Origin: Scenedesmus sp. PABB004 | Taxonomy: Eukaryota | Direction of reading: 5' to 3' | NCBI GenBank assembly: GCA_014905635.1 | Contig: JABVCE010000014.1 | Location: 682,001 to 746,000, forward strand | Length of the DNA stretch: 64,000 bases | Shown: piece by piece, positions 1-14,646 of the stretch | Numbering within the stretch: the first letter of the stretch is position 1 | Layout of the letters: each line of letters begins with the position of its first letter | Made by a program: the position numbers and the translations under genes | Notes under the pieces: generated by a model | What the model was told of the DNA's origin: nothing | The model's database searches: none | Seen by the model: the letters and a program-made list of their open reading frames with translations, nothing else

Positions 1-740
1 CCCGAGGGCAGCTGCACCGCCACGTCCACGCAGCCGCCGGGCAGCGCGGCCGCCGCGCCGAGCGCCCACGACCCCACGAGGCGCACCGCCACGGGCGGCG
101 CCGCCTGCAGCGTCACCTCCTGCGGCCCCCGGCGCCGCGGCGGCGGTGTGTGGGCGGCCGAGGCGAGGCCCGCGCGCGCCGCGGCGGCACTGCCCCCCCC
201 CCCCCCCCGTTGCGCCCCCCGCCAGCGCGCCCCTGAGCGCGCACCCGGGGGTTGAGGCCCCAGCTCGTGAGCAGCGCCGCGACGCCGCGGTCCGCCTCGC
301 CCGCGAGCGTCGCCGCCGGCAGGCGGCCGAGCGCGCTGCCCAGCTCGCCCACCAGCGCCTGCACCGCCGCCGTGCGCCCCGGGACGCGGCAGGCGGCCAC
401 CTCCGACAGCAGCTCGCCCAGCTGCGGCGCGCGGCGCGGCGTGAGCGGCGCAGGCGGCAGCGGCGGCTCTCGCTGAGAGCCGGCAGCCGCCGCCGGCCCA
501 GGCGCGCACCTGCAGCTGCATCAGCGCGGCGTTGGCCGACAGTTCGCCGCTCAGCAGCAGCTCCTCCGGCTGCGCCGCGTCGGCGCCGGCTGCGGCCGCC
601 GGCTGCGGCGCCGCCGGCGGGGGCCCGCCCTCGCCCAGCTCGCCGGGCTCGCTGCCGCCCTCGTCATCGCTGCCACCGACGCTGCCGCTCAGCGCCTCCT
701 CCTCGTCGGAGGCGGAGACGTCGTCGTCGGACAGCCGCAT
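1..740 (-). CDS. NOL6: Nucleolar protein 6 / Nrap (UTP22) family, 5' part; runs off the left edge
   Basis: Spliced exons read MRLSDDDVSASDEEE...ALMQLQ|LGELLSEVAACR...|EVTLQAAPPVAVRLVGSWALGAAAALPGGCVDVAVQLPS. This matches the Nrap N-terminal pattern (LQ..ELL.EV; P..V..VGS..LG....VDVA..P). The start is uncertain because an upstream acceptor near 835 is in frame. Confidence 0.75.
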   Translation of the reverse strand, partial: MRLSDDDVSASDEEEALSGSVGGSDDEGGSEPGELGEGGPPPAAPQPAAAAGADAAQPEELLLSGELSANAALMQLQVRAWAGGGCRLSARAAAAACAAHAAPRAAAGRAAVGGGRLPRPGAHGGGAGAGGRAGQRARPPAGGDARGRGGPRRRGAAHELGPQPPGARSGARWRGAQRGGGGGSAAAARAGLASAAHTPPPRRRGPQEVTLQAAPPVAVRLVGSWALGAAAALPGGCVDVAVQLPS

Positions 741-1358
741 CGCGGCCGCCGCCGCTGCCGCTGCCGCCGCCGGCTGCTGCTGGGCGCTGGCGTCGCGCGA
801 GCGGTCGCGGCTCTCGGGGATGCCGGTGTGGCGCTGCCGGGGGGCGCGTGACGGCGGCGGCGTGAGCGGGCATAACAGGGCCCGGGGCTGCTGCGCCGCG
901 ACTACGACCAGCTGGCGGGCGCGCCCGCGCCGCATCAGCCAGGCCAGTCTACGAGAAGCCAGCAGGAGGCCGCGCGCGCCCTGCCGCCGCAGCGCGCATC
1001 TGCACGTAAGCCGGGACGCCCGGCGTCGCGCACGGGCAACGGCAGCTGTGTCATCATGACCCTGCGTGGTGGTCTCGTGGTCGCTGGCGCGGGTGCGGAC
1101 GCGGCGGCAGCGGGCGAGGGCGCGCGAGAGCCCAGCTGCGACCGGCGGCATCGGCCCTCGTGCGCCGCGCCCAGGGCCTGCACCGCCCCACGGCAGCTTC
1201 GAGAGGCTTTGACGCGACTGTATCTCACTAACGGGCCGTGTCCCGTCGCCGCCGCAGAGCGCGCGGCGGCCAAGCTGGCCAAAGTTGAGGGCAGCTCGCC
1301 GCCGCCTGGCCACCCCGAGCTGGCCCACTGCGCGCCGCCGCGCGGGGGGTGCGGCCGG

Positions 1359-2285
1359 ATGTCGCTGACCGCGCTGCTCAGCCCCCGGCGGGGCGGGCCC
1401 AGCCCCGAGCCCGCCCCCGCCGCCGGCGGCGCGCCGCGCGCGGGCTCGCCCGCGATGCTCGCCCGCAGCGCGTCGGTGAGCAGCTCGGTCGCGGACAACG
1501 CCGCCGGCGGCGCCGCGTCGGGCTCGCCGCCGCCGCCGGGCGCGCTGGCGGCGCCGCACTCGCCGCAGCGCCACCAGCACCACCCCGCAGCGGGCCTCGC
1601 GGCGCACCCGCTCGACGACGACGCGGCCATGGACGACGCCGCCGACTCGGACGCCCCCAGCGACGACGGCGACGCGGCGCTCGGCGACAGCAGCGAGGCC
1701 ACCGAGTCGGGCAGCGGCAGCGCGTACAACAGCGAGGACGAGGAGGACGAGAACAACGCCGTGCCCGACGGCGACCTCCCCGACGCGGCGGTGCCGACAG
1801 CGCACACGCCGGCGGCGGCCACCGTGCAGCATCAGCAGCACCATCAGCAGCAGCAGCAGCAGGAGCAACAGCAGCAGCACCACCAGCGGCAGCACCAGCA
1901 GCAGCACCCCTTCAGCAGCGGCGCGGCGGCGCGCGAGCAGCCGCTCGCGCGCGTCCGCGCCGTGCCGGCCACGCCGCCGTCCAGCCCCGCGGCGGGCTGC
2001 GCGCTCGGCGCGGCCGGCCCGGCGGCGCAGCTGCACGCGGCGCACCTGGCGGCCGCCACCGCGGCGGCGGCGGCGGCGCCCGCGGGCCCGCGCAGGCTCG
2101 CGGGCGTGGTGCGGCGGCGCTCGAGCGCGTCCGACCGGCGCGGCAGCACGCCCGGGAGCCTCGGGCTCGGCCGGCGCGCGTGGTGGGCATGGCTGTCCGG
2201 CGACGGCGCGGGCTCGCCCAAGGCCGTCACGTCGTCCTGCGCGGCCGCCACGCCGCCGCCCTCGCCCGCGGTGCCGCTGCAGTGA
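1359..2285 (+). CDS. Intronless low-complexity hypothetical protein (acidic D/E/S tract, poly-Q/H)
   Basis: Open frame with coding-like codon use (MSLTALLSPRRG...SEDEEDENN...QQQ...RRAWWAWLSG...PLQ*). An alternative in-frame ATG lies at 1056. No recognised domain. Confidence 0.55.
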   Translation: MSLTALLSPRRGGPSPEPAPAAGGAPRAGSPAMLARSASVSSSVADNAAGGAASGSPPPPGALAAPHSPQRHQHHPAAGLAAHPLDDDAAMDDAADSDAPSDDGDAALGDSSEATESGSGSAYNSEDEEDENNAVPDGDLPDAAVPTAHTPAAATVQHQQHHQQQQQQEQQQQHHQRQHQQQHPFSSGAAAREQPLARVRAVPATPPSSPAAGCALGAAGPAAQLHAAHLAAATAAAAAAPAGPRRLAGVVRRRSSASDRRGSTPGSLGLGRRAWWAWLSGDGAGSPKAVTSSCAAATPPPSPAVPLQ

Positions 2286-2427
2286 GCCGCGCGTGCGGCG
2301 GCGGTGGCAGCCCGGCGCGCACCGCCTGGGCCCGGCCCCCTCCGGCGGGGCCAGTTGTGGGGCTGCAGCCCCAGCCTCCATCCGACGGGGCCCACAGCTG
2401 AGAGGTCCAGCCCACCGGACCGTCGGC

Positions 2428-2458
2428 GGCGTGACGTCACGCCTCGTCGATCGACGAG
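2428..2458. promoter_or_regulatory. Two abutting perfect 16-bp palindromes, the first with a CRE/bZIP core TGACGTCA
   Basis: GGCGTGACGTCACGCC (2428-2443) and CTCGTCGATCGACGAG (2443-2458), intergenic upstream of the PFK-2 gene. A regulatory role is inferred. Confidence 0.4.
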
Positions 2459-3387
2459 CAGCGCGGAGCAGCCAGCCACGCACCGGCGCCTGCGGGGGCG
2501 CTGTGGTCTGGCGGCTCTGTTTTTGTGGGGCTCCTTCGCCCCAGAGCGCAGCGCGCGTGAGGGCGCTTTTTTTGCCGGCCGGGGACGGGCACGCGCGCAT
2601 TCGCGCGCGAGCCTCGGCGGCCACGGTGCGCACCGCGGCCGGCATGCCGGCATGCCCGCAGCAACCAACCCCGGACACAGGAATCCGTCGTCGGCGGGCG
2701 CCCCTCCCTTTTTTCAGCGGCGCGGGCACGCGCCCGCCGCCATTGATTGCACATTGGCCCCCGCGCGCAGCCTCGCTCGGTCCGGCCGTCCCTGCCCCAT
2801 GAACTCGAATATGCGTGTGTGCCTGACTCTCTGTGGCGCGCGCGCGCACGCAAACCGCCGTCCTCGCGGGCGAGCGGCGTGCGCGGAGCGAGCATTTGGG
2901 CAACCGAGGTGCTGGGAAGCGGCACGCGAGCGGCGCCAGCCTGGCGCGCCGCCCGCGACCGGCGCCGCGGACCGGCAGCGCACCAGCGCGGAGGGCGTGG
3001 ACAGCACCGGGACCTGCCTTACCAGCTCCGCGCCGCCGCGTCGGCCGCCTCAGGGCCGGAGTGACAGCCGTCAGCAGCCGGGAAGCCGGCGGGCGGGGGG
3101 CGGGCGGCGCCGGCGGCGCTCACTCGTCCGTGGTGCCGCGCGCGGCGCGTCGCAGTGACCGTGCCGTCCCCGCATCGCCGGGCGCGCCGCTCGAGCTCCT
3201 GCTGCACCGCGCCCGCCGGGCGCCCGCCAGCAGGGCCCGCTCGCGCGCAGCAGCGGCGCGGTCGATCGCGTCGCCCAGGCGAACACCCCAAGTGCATTGC
3301 GCGGCCTCGCGCTGCCGCGGAGCCCCCGGGCGAGCGTGCGGGCTTTCCACTTTTCTGCTGCGCCTCGCCCATCCGGGCGTGAGCGCG

Positions 3388-7926
<4,539 letters not shown>

Positions 7927-8390
7927 CTGCGGCGCGGCCGCGGCGCGGCGCGCCGACGACGACGCGTGCGGGACGGGGCCCCGCCTCGTTTTTGCCAACA
8001 AATCTTTTGGGGCGGTTTGACTGGACTGCGAGCCGCACGCAGGAGGGGCGGCGGCGGCGCGTGCGCAGGAGGGGCGCCGGCGCGCGCTGGAGGGGCGGCG
8101 GCGCCCGCGCAGGAGGGGCGTGTACAACCAACCAATGGTGTGCGGGTATTCTCATGATGGTGACGCAGTGCGTGGCAACTCATGCGGGCGCACACGCGGC
8201 GGCGCGCGCGTCTTCCTAAACCGCCAGGCCGCGCGCACATCCAGCATGGTCGGAGCAGCCTGCTAACGATCTCACAAACCAGCGCTGCAGCCACAGCCCC
8301 AGCCGCGCCAGCCGCGCCTCCGCAGCAGCGGCAGCGAGCAGCGGCGGCGCTCGCGCGCGAGGCGGGCCGGCCGGCGCGGTGCCCGTCGCC

Positions 8391-10522
8391 ATGGGCTCGC
8401 GGGGGCAGCGGCTCGCCACGAGCGCGGCCTGGGCGCTGGCGGGCCTGCTGGCGGGCTGGTGGACCGCGAGCTGGGCGGCGTGGGCGCGCCGGCAGGTGCA
8501 GGCCTGGCTGTGGCCCATGGGTGCGTGGGTGCCTGGTTCGAGGCGCAGGGAGCATGCTGGCGGGGCGCCCCGGGCGCGTGGAGGGCGCCGACCGCCGCCG
8601 CGGCCCGCAGCAGCGGCGCGCTGCAGCGGCGGGCGCCGCGTGTGCTCCCGCGCCTGCGCCGGCGCTCCGCCCGCCTGGGCGGCACGCTGGGCTGCGCCCG
8701 CGGCCCGCGCGCTGCGCCTGAGCCACCGCCGGCGCCGCTCGCAGGCCCGCTCACGCTCGCGCGGCCGCTGGTCACCTTTGACCTGGAGGCCACGGGCACC
8801 AACGTCACGCGCGACCGCGTGGTGGAGATCGCGGCGCTGAAGCTCATGCCCGACGGCCGGGTGCGTCCCCCGCAGCGCCCGCGCCGCGCCGCGTGCCGCG
8901 CCGCGTGCTGCGCCGCGCCCTGCGTGCCGCCGCGCACCCACGCGCGGCCGCCGCCGCCACCGCCACCTCCGCCGCGTGACCAGATCGTGACCAAGGGCCC
9001 CCAGCGCATCAACCCGGGCGTGCCGGTGCCGGCCGAGGTCGTCGCAATCCATGGCATCACCAGCGCCGACCTCGCGCACGCGCCGCGCTTTGAGGAGGTG
9101 GCTGCCGAGTGGCGGTCCTTCCTGGAGGGCTGCGACCTTCACGGCTACAACGCCAAGAAGTTTGACGTCCCCATGCTGCGGTGACCACGGCGACGGCGCC
9201 GCGCGCGCGTGTGGGGCACGCCGCGCCGCGCCGACGGGGCGCCGGCCGCGCCGGTCGCGCGCGTGCGCCAGTCGCGCCCGCGCGCTGACACCCGCCCTCT
9301 CCGCCGCGCCGCAGCAACGAGTTCAAGCGCGCCGGCGTGCACAACTTCCCGCCGCTTGGCGTGGCGGTGGTCGACTCGTTCCGCGTCTTCTGCATGCAGG
9401 CGCCCCGCAGCCTCGCCGCGGCGGTCGCCCACTACACCGGCCGCCCCCACGGCGCCGCCGCGCACAGCGCGCTCGGCGACGCGCGCGCGACGCTGCGCGT
9501 GCTGGTGGAGCAGGCGCGCGGGGGCCGCCAGCGACGCTGCCGCCGCCGCCGCCGCCGCCGCCGCGCCGGCCGCGTGCGTGTCGCAGAGCGTCGGGCGGGC
9601 TTCTCGCCCCCCCCCCCCCCACCCCACACACACACACGCACGCTCACACCGCCCGCCCGCCACGCCAGGTGCGACGCCACCCCGAGCTGCCGCGCGACGC
9701 GGAGGGCCTCGCGGCCGCGTGCGCCGCGCCCGGGCGCGCGCAGGACATCACGGCGGACGGCAAGTTCCAGTGGCGCGGCGACGTGCCGGTGCTCGGCTTT
9801 GGACGCTACACCGGTGCGCGCGCCGCAGGGTTCAGGCCCAGCATGGAGAGCCGGCGGCGCGCCCGCGGCCGCGGCCGCGCCGCCCCACACGCTGCGCCGC
9901 CGCCGCCGCCGCGGGCCGCGCCCTGGGCCCTGCGCGTCAGGCGAGCCGCTGGCGGCGGTGATGAGCCTTCACTCTGACTACCTGCGCTGGATGTCCGGCC
10001 AGGCGCGCGCGCGGCGCTCACGCGCGCCGCGGGGCGGGGCGGGGCGGGGCGGGGCGGGGCGGGGCGGGGCGGGGCGGGGCGGGGCGGGGCGGGGCGGGGC
10101 GGGGCGGGGCGGGGCGGGGCGGGGCGGGGCGGGGCGGGGCGGGGCGGGGCGGGGCGGGGCGGGGCGGGGCGGGGCGGGGCGGGGCGGGGGGGGCGGGGCG
10201 GGGCGGGGCCAGCTGGGCGGGGCGCCGCGGCGCGGCCTCGCGCGGCGCCAGCTTGCCCGCCCGCGCGCGCTCCGCCCGCCCCCGTTGTGCGGGGTCCCCC
10301 GCCGACCCCGCGCCGCCCTGAGCCCCTGCGCCCCAAAGCCCTGCTGAACCCGCGCCGCCCTGAGCCCCCTGAACCCCTGAGCCCCAAAGCCCCGCGCCCC
10401 TGCGCCCCGCGCCCGCAGGACTTCAGCGACGAGTGCCTCATACTGGTGGACCGGGCGCTCAAAGGCCTGCTGCCCACGCGCGGCGGCGGCTGGGAGGAGC
10501 TGAGCTTTGACCTCCCGCCGCC

Positions 10523-10585
<63 letters not shown>

Positions 10586-11129
10586 CGGCGGCGGCGGCGA
10601 GCGGGCGGCGGCGCAGGCGGGGGCAGGGGCGGGGGCGGAGTGGCAGCACGGCAGCGGCGGCGGCGACGGCGGCGCAGAGGCGCAGCGGCAGCAGGCGGGC
10701 GAGGGCGGCGGGCCCGCTGCAGAGCAGCCGCCCGCCAGCGGCTGGCCAGAGATGGTCGCCGGGGAGGCGCAGGGTGCGGCCGACCCCGACAGCTGGGGCG
10801 CGGCCGCGCCACGCAGCAGCGGCGGCGGCAGCAGCGGCGGCAGCAGCGGCAGCGGCAGCGGCGGTCGGAGCGGCAGCCCGTCGGCGTCGCCGGACGGCTG
10901 GAGCCTGGTCGACTCGGGGCTGCAGCTGGGGACGGAGGCCGCGCAGCTGCAGTCCCTCGGCGCGCCGAGCAACCCCGAGCCGCAGCTGCCCCTCAGCCCT
11001 GAAGCGCCCTGGCCCGGCGGCGAGGACGGCGCTGACGTGGAGCTGGCGGCCGAGCTGGCGGCGGCGGAGCTGGAGGCCGGTGCAGGCGAGGAGGTCGCCG
11101 CCGGGGAGGCAGGTGCCGAGTTGAGCTGA
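8391..11129 (+). CDS. DEDDh 3'-5' exonuclease (DnaQ / Pol III epsilon-like) with a hydrophobic N-terminus and a poly-Q/acidic tail; 6 introns
   Basis: ExoI LVTFDLEATG..RDRVVEIA, RINPGVPVP..VHAIHGI-type segment, ExoII GYNAKKFDVPML, ExoIII AHSALGDARAT, and C-terminal GFGRYTGEPL..DYLRWM..DF. Introns at 8521-8744, 8861-8983, 9181-9314, 9514-9668, 9814-9940 and 10003-10418 keep the frame. Confidence 0.9.
10031..10209 (+). repeat. (GGGGC)n tandem repeat, about 35 units, intronic
   Basis: Directly visible within the last intron of the exonuclease gene. Confidence 0.97.
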
Positions 11130-11286
11130 GCACTGCGGCGCACGCCGCGCTGCGGCAGGCAACCGGCGGTTGCCCTCACTCCTTGCGTACAGCGTTGCGT
11201 GAGCCGACGTCGGCCGCCGCGTCGTGTCACCCATCAGCTTGCCGCAGCTGCGCCCCCGCGCCGCTGTGCCGCCCAACCCGCCTCGC

Positions 11287-13505
11287 TCAGCCGCGCCCGC
11301 ACCCCGCCGACAGCTGCTGCTCCAGCTCCGCAGCCCGCGCGCGCGCGGCCGCGAGCTCGGCGGCCAGCCGCTGCTCCCTCGCGCCCACGGCCGCCAGCTC
11401 GGCCGCCAGCTGCTGCTCCCTCGCGCGCGCGGCCGCCAGCTCCTGGTCCTTGGCTGCCAGCGCCTTGTCCTTGGCTGCCAGCTCCTGGTCCTTGGCTGCC
11501 AGCGTCTGCTGCTGCGCGTCTGCCAGGGAGGGGGGCGGTGGCGGCACAGCACGTGAGACGCCGCGCACACGCCGCATCTGGCTGTGGCCGCGCCAGGGAG
11601 CGCAGCCGCCCCGCGCCCGCGCCGGCCCCCGCTCACCGCGCGCCGCCGCCAGCTGCGCGTTCCTGTGCGCCAGCAGCGCCCTGGACAGCTCTGCGTCGGT
11701 GTGGCACAGCTCCTCCAGCCGGCGCGCGACAGTGAGCGGGCCCCTCTGAGGCGAGGCGCGCGAGCGGCGGGCGCGCATGAGCGCGTGCGCGCGTGGGCAG
11801 TCAACTGTGCGCAGCAGGCCGCTGGGCTGCCGAACCGCCGCCTGCGAGCGCCCGCCGCTCACACTGTACAGCCTGATGACGCCCGGCATGCCATAACCAT
11901 CATCCGCGCCTTGGCTGAAGCCCCACCGCTGAAGGGCCAGACTGGTCAGCCGCGTGGCGTCCACCAGGCTGGCCACGCCGGCTGCGCCTAGCCGCCGCAG
12001 AAAGCTCAGGTTCAAGGCCTGCAGCGCGGTCAGCGCACGCGCCAGGTGCGCCACGTCGTCGTCGCTCACGCAGTCGCCGGACAGGTCCAGCGACGTCAGC
12101 TCACTCAGCAGACCGAGGCGCGCGCAGGACATGCCAGGCTCGACTGCCCTCGAGAGCCGCAGCTTGTGCAGGCCGGGACAGGCGCCGAGCAGGGCGTCCA
12201 GCTCGGCCTGCGCCAGCCACACGGCGGGCACGCACTCACCGCAAGCGATCTGCAGCTCTCGCAGCGACGGCAGCGCGCACGCAAACAGGCGCGCCGCGGT
12301 GCCGGGCCCCAGACCGCAGCCACGCAGCGCCAGGCGCGACAGCTGCGTCAGCGATGCGATGCTGCTGGCAGACTCGTCGCAGCCGGCAAAGATCTGGTGC
12401 TGGTGTGGGAAGAGAAAGGTCAGGTCCTGGAGCCGGGCCAGGCGCGGCAGCGTGCGCAGCAGCGCCGACATGGCAGCCCTGTCACCACCCTCCCACAGGC
12501 GCAGCTCCAGCGCCGTGAGGCGCGTGAGGGGCGCGAACGCGGCGGCCGGGTCGACCAGCGTGACGTCACGCAGGGCCAAGCTCTCCAGGCCCGTGAGGTG
12601 CGCGAGAGCGGCGGGGCCCGCCGCGCCGCCCCCCAGCCAGCCCAGCTCCAGGTGCGTGAGCGTGGGCGCCAGCGGCGGGATGGCCACAGAGGTCGTGTCA
12701 TCGTCGTCGCAGAAATGCTCCAGCGACAGGTGGCGCAGCCTCGTCACCGCGGCCGCGGCTGCGAGCGCCGCACTGCCGATCTCCACGCCAGTCAAATCCA
12801 GCATGGTCAGCGCCGGCGCCTGGTGCAGCAGGTCAACAATCGCATCGACGTGCACACACGAGAGCTCCAGCTCGCGCAGGCCCGGGCACAGCAGGGCGGC
12901 GGGGAGGGCGCAGTCGGAGATCTTGAGGCGGGTGAGCGCCGGCAGGGCGGCGTCGATGCCACCGCGCGCCACCATGTCCATGCTGGTGCACACCAAGCTG
13001 CGCAGGCCCTGCAGCTCCGAAAGGGGCAGCGCCAGCTGCAGCGGCTCTTGCAAAAACAAGGAGCCATCTGCGCTGAGGCTCCTCACGCTCCGCCCGCGCC
13101 CCGCCAGCCAGTCGCTGAGCGCGGCGGCGCGCCGGGCGGCGCTCGCAACCTTGTAAAAGCCTATGTCCACCTCGCTGCTGGCCGCGGCCGCCGCGTCCGC
13201 CCAGGCGCGGCACACGAGCGCGGCGGCGCCCAGGCGCTCGCGCAGGTCCAGCTCCGCCAGCACGCGCGGCAGCACCTCCGCCGGCAGCCGCGCAAAGGGC
13301 GACGCGCCCTGCGGCACGTGTCCGGGGCGGCGCAGGGAGGGTCAGGCGCGCAGCCGGCGGGGGGCGCGGCGCTGGCTCGCGCGGGGGCGGGCGCGGGCGC
13401 GGGGGCGCACGCAGCGGCGGCGCGCGCACGCCCCCCGCGCCGCCACAGGCCGCCGGACGCTGGCGCCCGCCCGTGCTCCCCGCTCACCGCATCGCCGGGC
13501 TCCAT
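11287..13505 (-). CDS. F-box / leucine-rich-repeat protein with C-terminal coiled coil (paralog 1)
   Basis: An 18-nt first coding exon (MEPGDA), then F-box FARLPAEVLPRVLAELDLRERLGAAALVCRAW, many LxxLxxLxL repeats, and LAAKDQE heptads. Confidence 0.85.
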
Positions 13506-14646
13506 GGGCGCGGCGCTGCAGGCGGGCCCGGCGCCAGGCGCGGCCGCGGCGGGCGGCGCGGCGCAGGCGCAAGTAGCGGCGGCGGCGCCGCCTCCTCGCG
13601 GCCGGGCGGGACGAGCGGGGCTGCAAAGGGGCTCCAGGAGAGGTCGCGGGCGCCGGAGCACGCGGCGCTGCAGCAGCTCAGCTCGGCCGGGGGGCGCGGG
13701 CGGGCGCAGTCTTGACTTCGCGTGCAGCGCGGGCGCGGCTGCGGCAGGTGTGGCGGCGGGGCTGCGACGGCGAGGTGGAGGACGGGGGAGGTGGCGGCAC
13801 CACACGGCGCACGGCGGCCGCGGCAGGGCGGTGCGTGCAGAACCGCGCCGGGGCCCGGCCGCGCCGGCCGCTCGAGGCGACGTTGCTGCAGAAGTGGCAA
13901 AGCTGGAGGAGCGACGCGGCGGGCCCTCTGCGCGACGGCGCCGTTGCCGCTCGCTCGCTTGCCTGCCTGTCGCCCGCGCGAACGCACCGACGGCTGCGAG
14001 CGGCGCCCCGCCGAGCCGGGCTAGCGCCGGCCTGCTCGTCACCGACGCCAGTCGCCACACCGTCAACACGTGCTCGTGCCGCCTCGCCCCCCTTTCCCTT
14101 CCCACACACCGCCATTCGTCGTGCGCCCCCGCCGCCCCGTGCCGGTCCCGGCAACCGCCAACCAAACCAAAGGGCTCGACGCTCAATGATCAGGCCAATC
14201 ACCGGCAGCAGCACACCCACGTGCGCGGCGATGTGGCGCAAGCGCAAGCGCGCCGGGGAATCAGTCTCTGGCCGACAGACGTCGGCGACGCGCCAGTTTG
14301 CCAGTGCGCGCCGCCCAGGCGCGGGCAGCCCCGCGCGCGCGCGCGCGCGCAAGTCGGTGCGCACGCGCACGCGCGTGCATGGTGCTGCGAGGCCCCGCGG
14401 CCGACCGCTCCTGGCCGGCCGCGAGCAAGACGATCCTAGTCCAGCAGTGCCGAGCGCGCCACGCATGTTCGTGCAGCGCGCGACATGTTCGCGCGCGCGA
14501 GCCGGGGCGGCAAGTCGTGGCCGCCCGTGGCCGCCAGTCAACAGTGCGCGCAGTGTGCCGTCGGCCTCGGAAGGGCCAGAGAGGGTGCAGGGTGCAGGGT
14601 GCAGGTTGCGGGGAGGGGATCCAGGGTGCAGGGTGCTCTCACGCAC

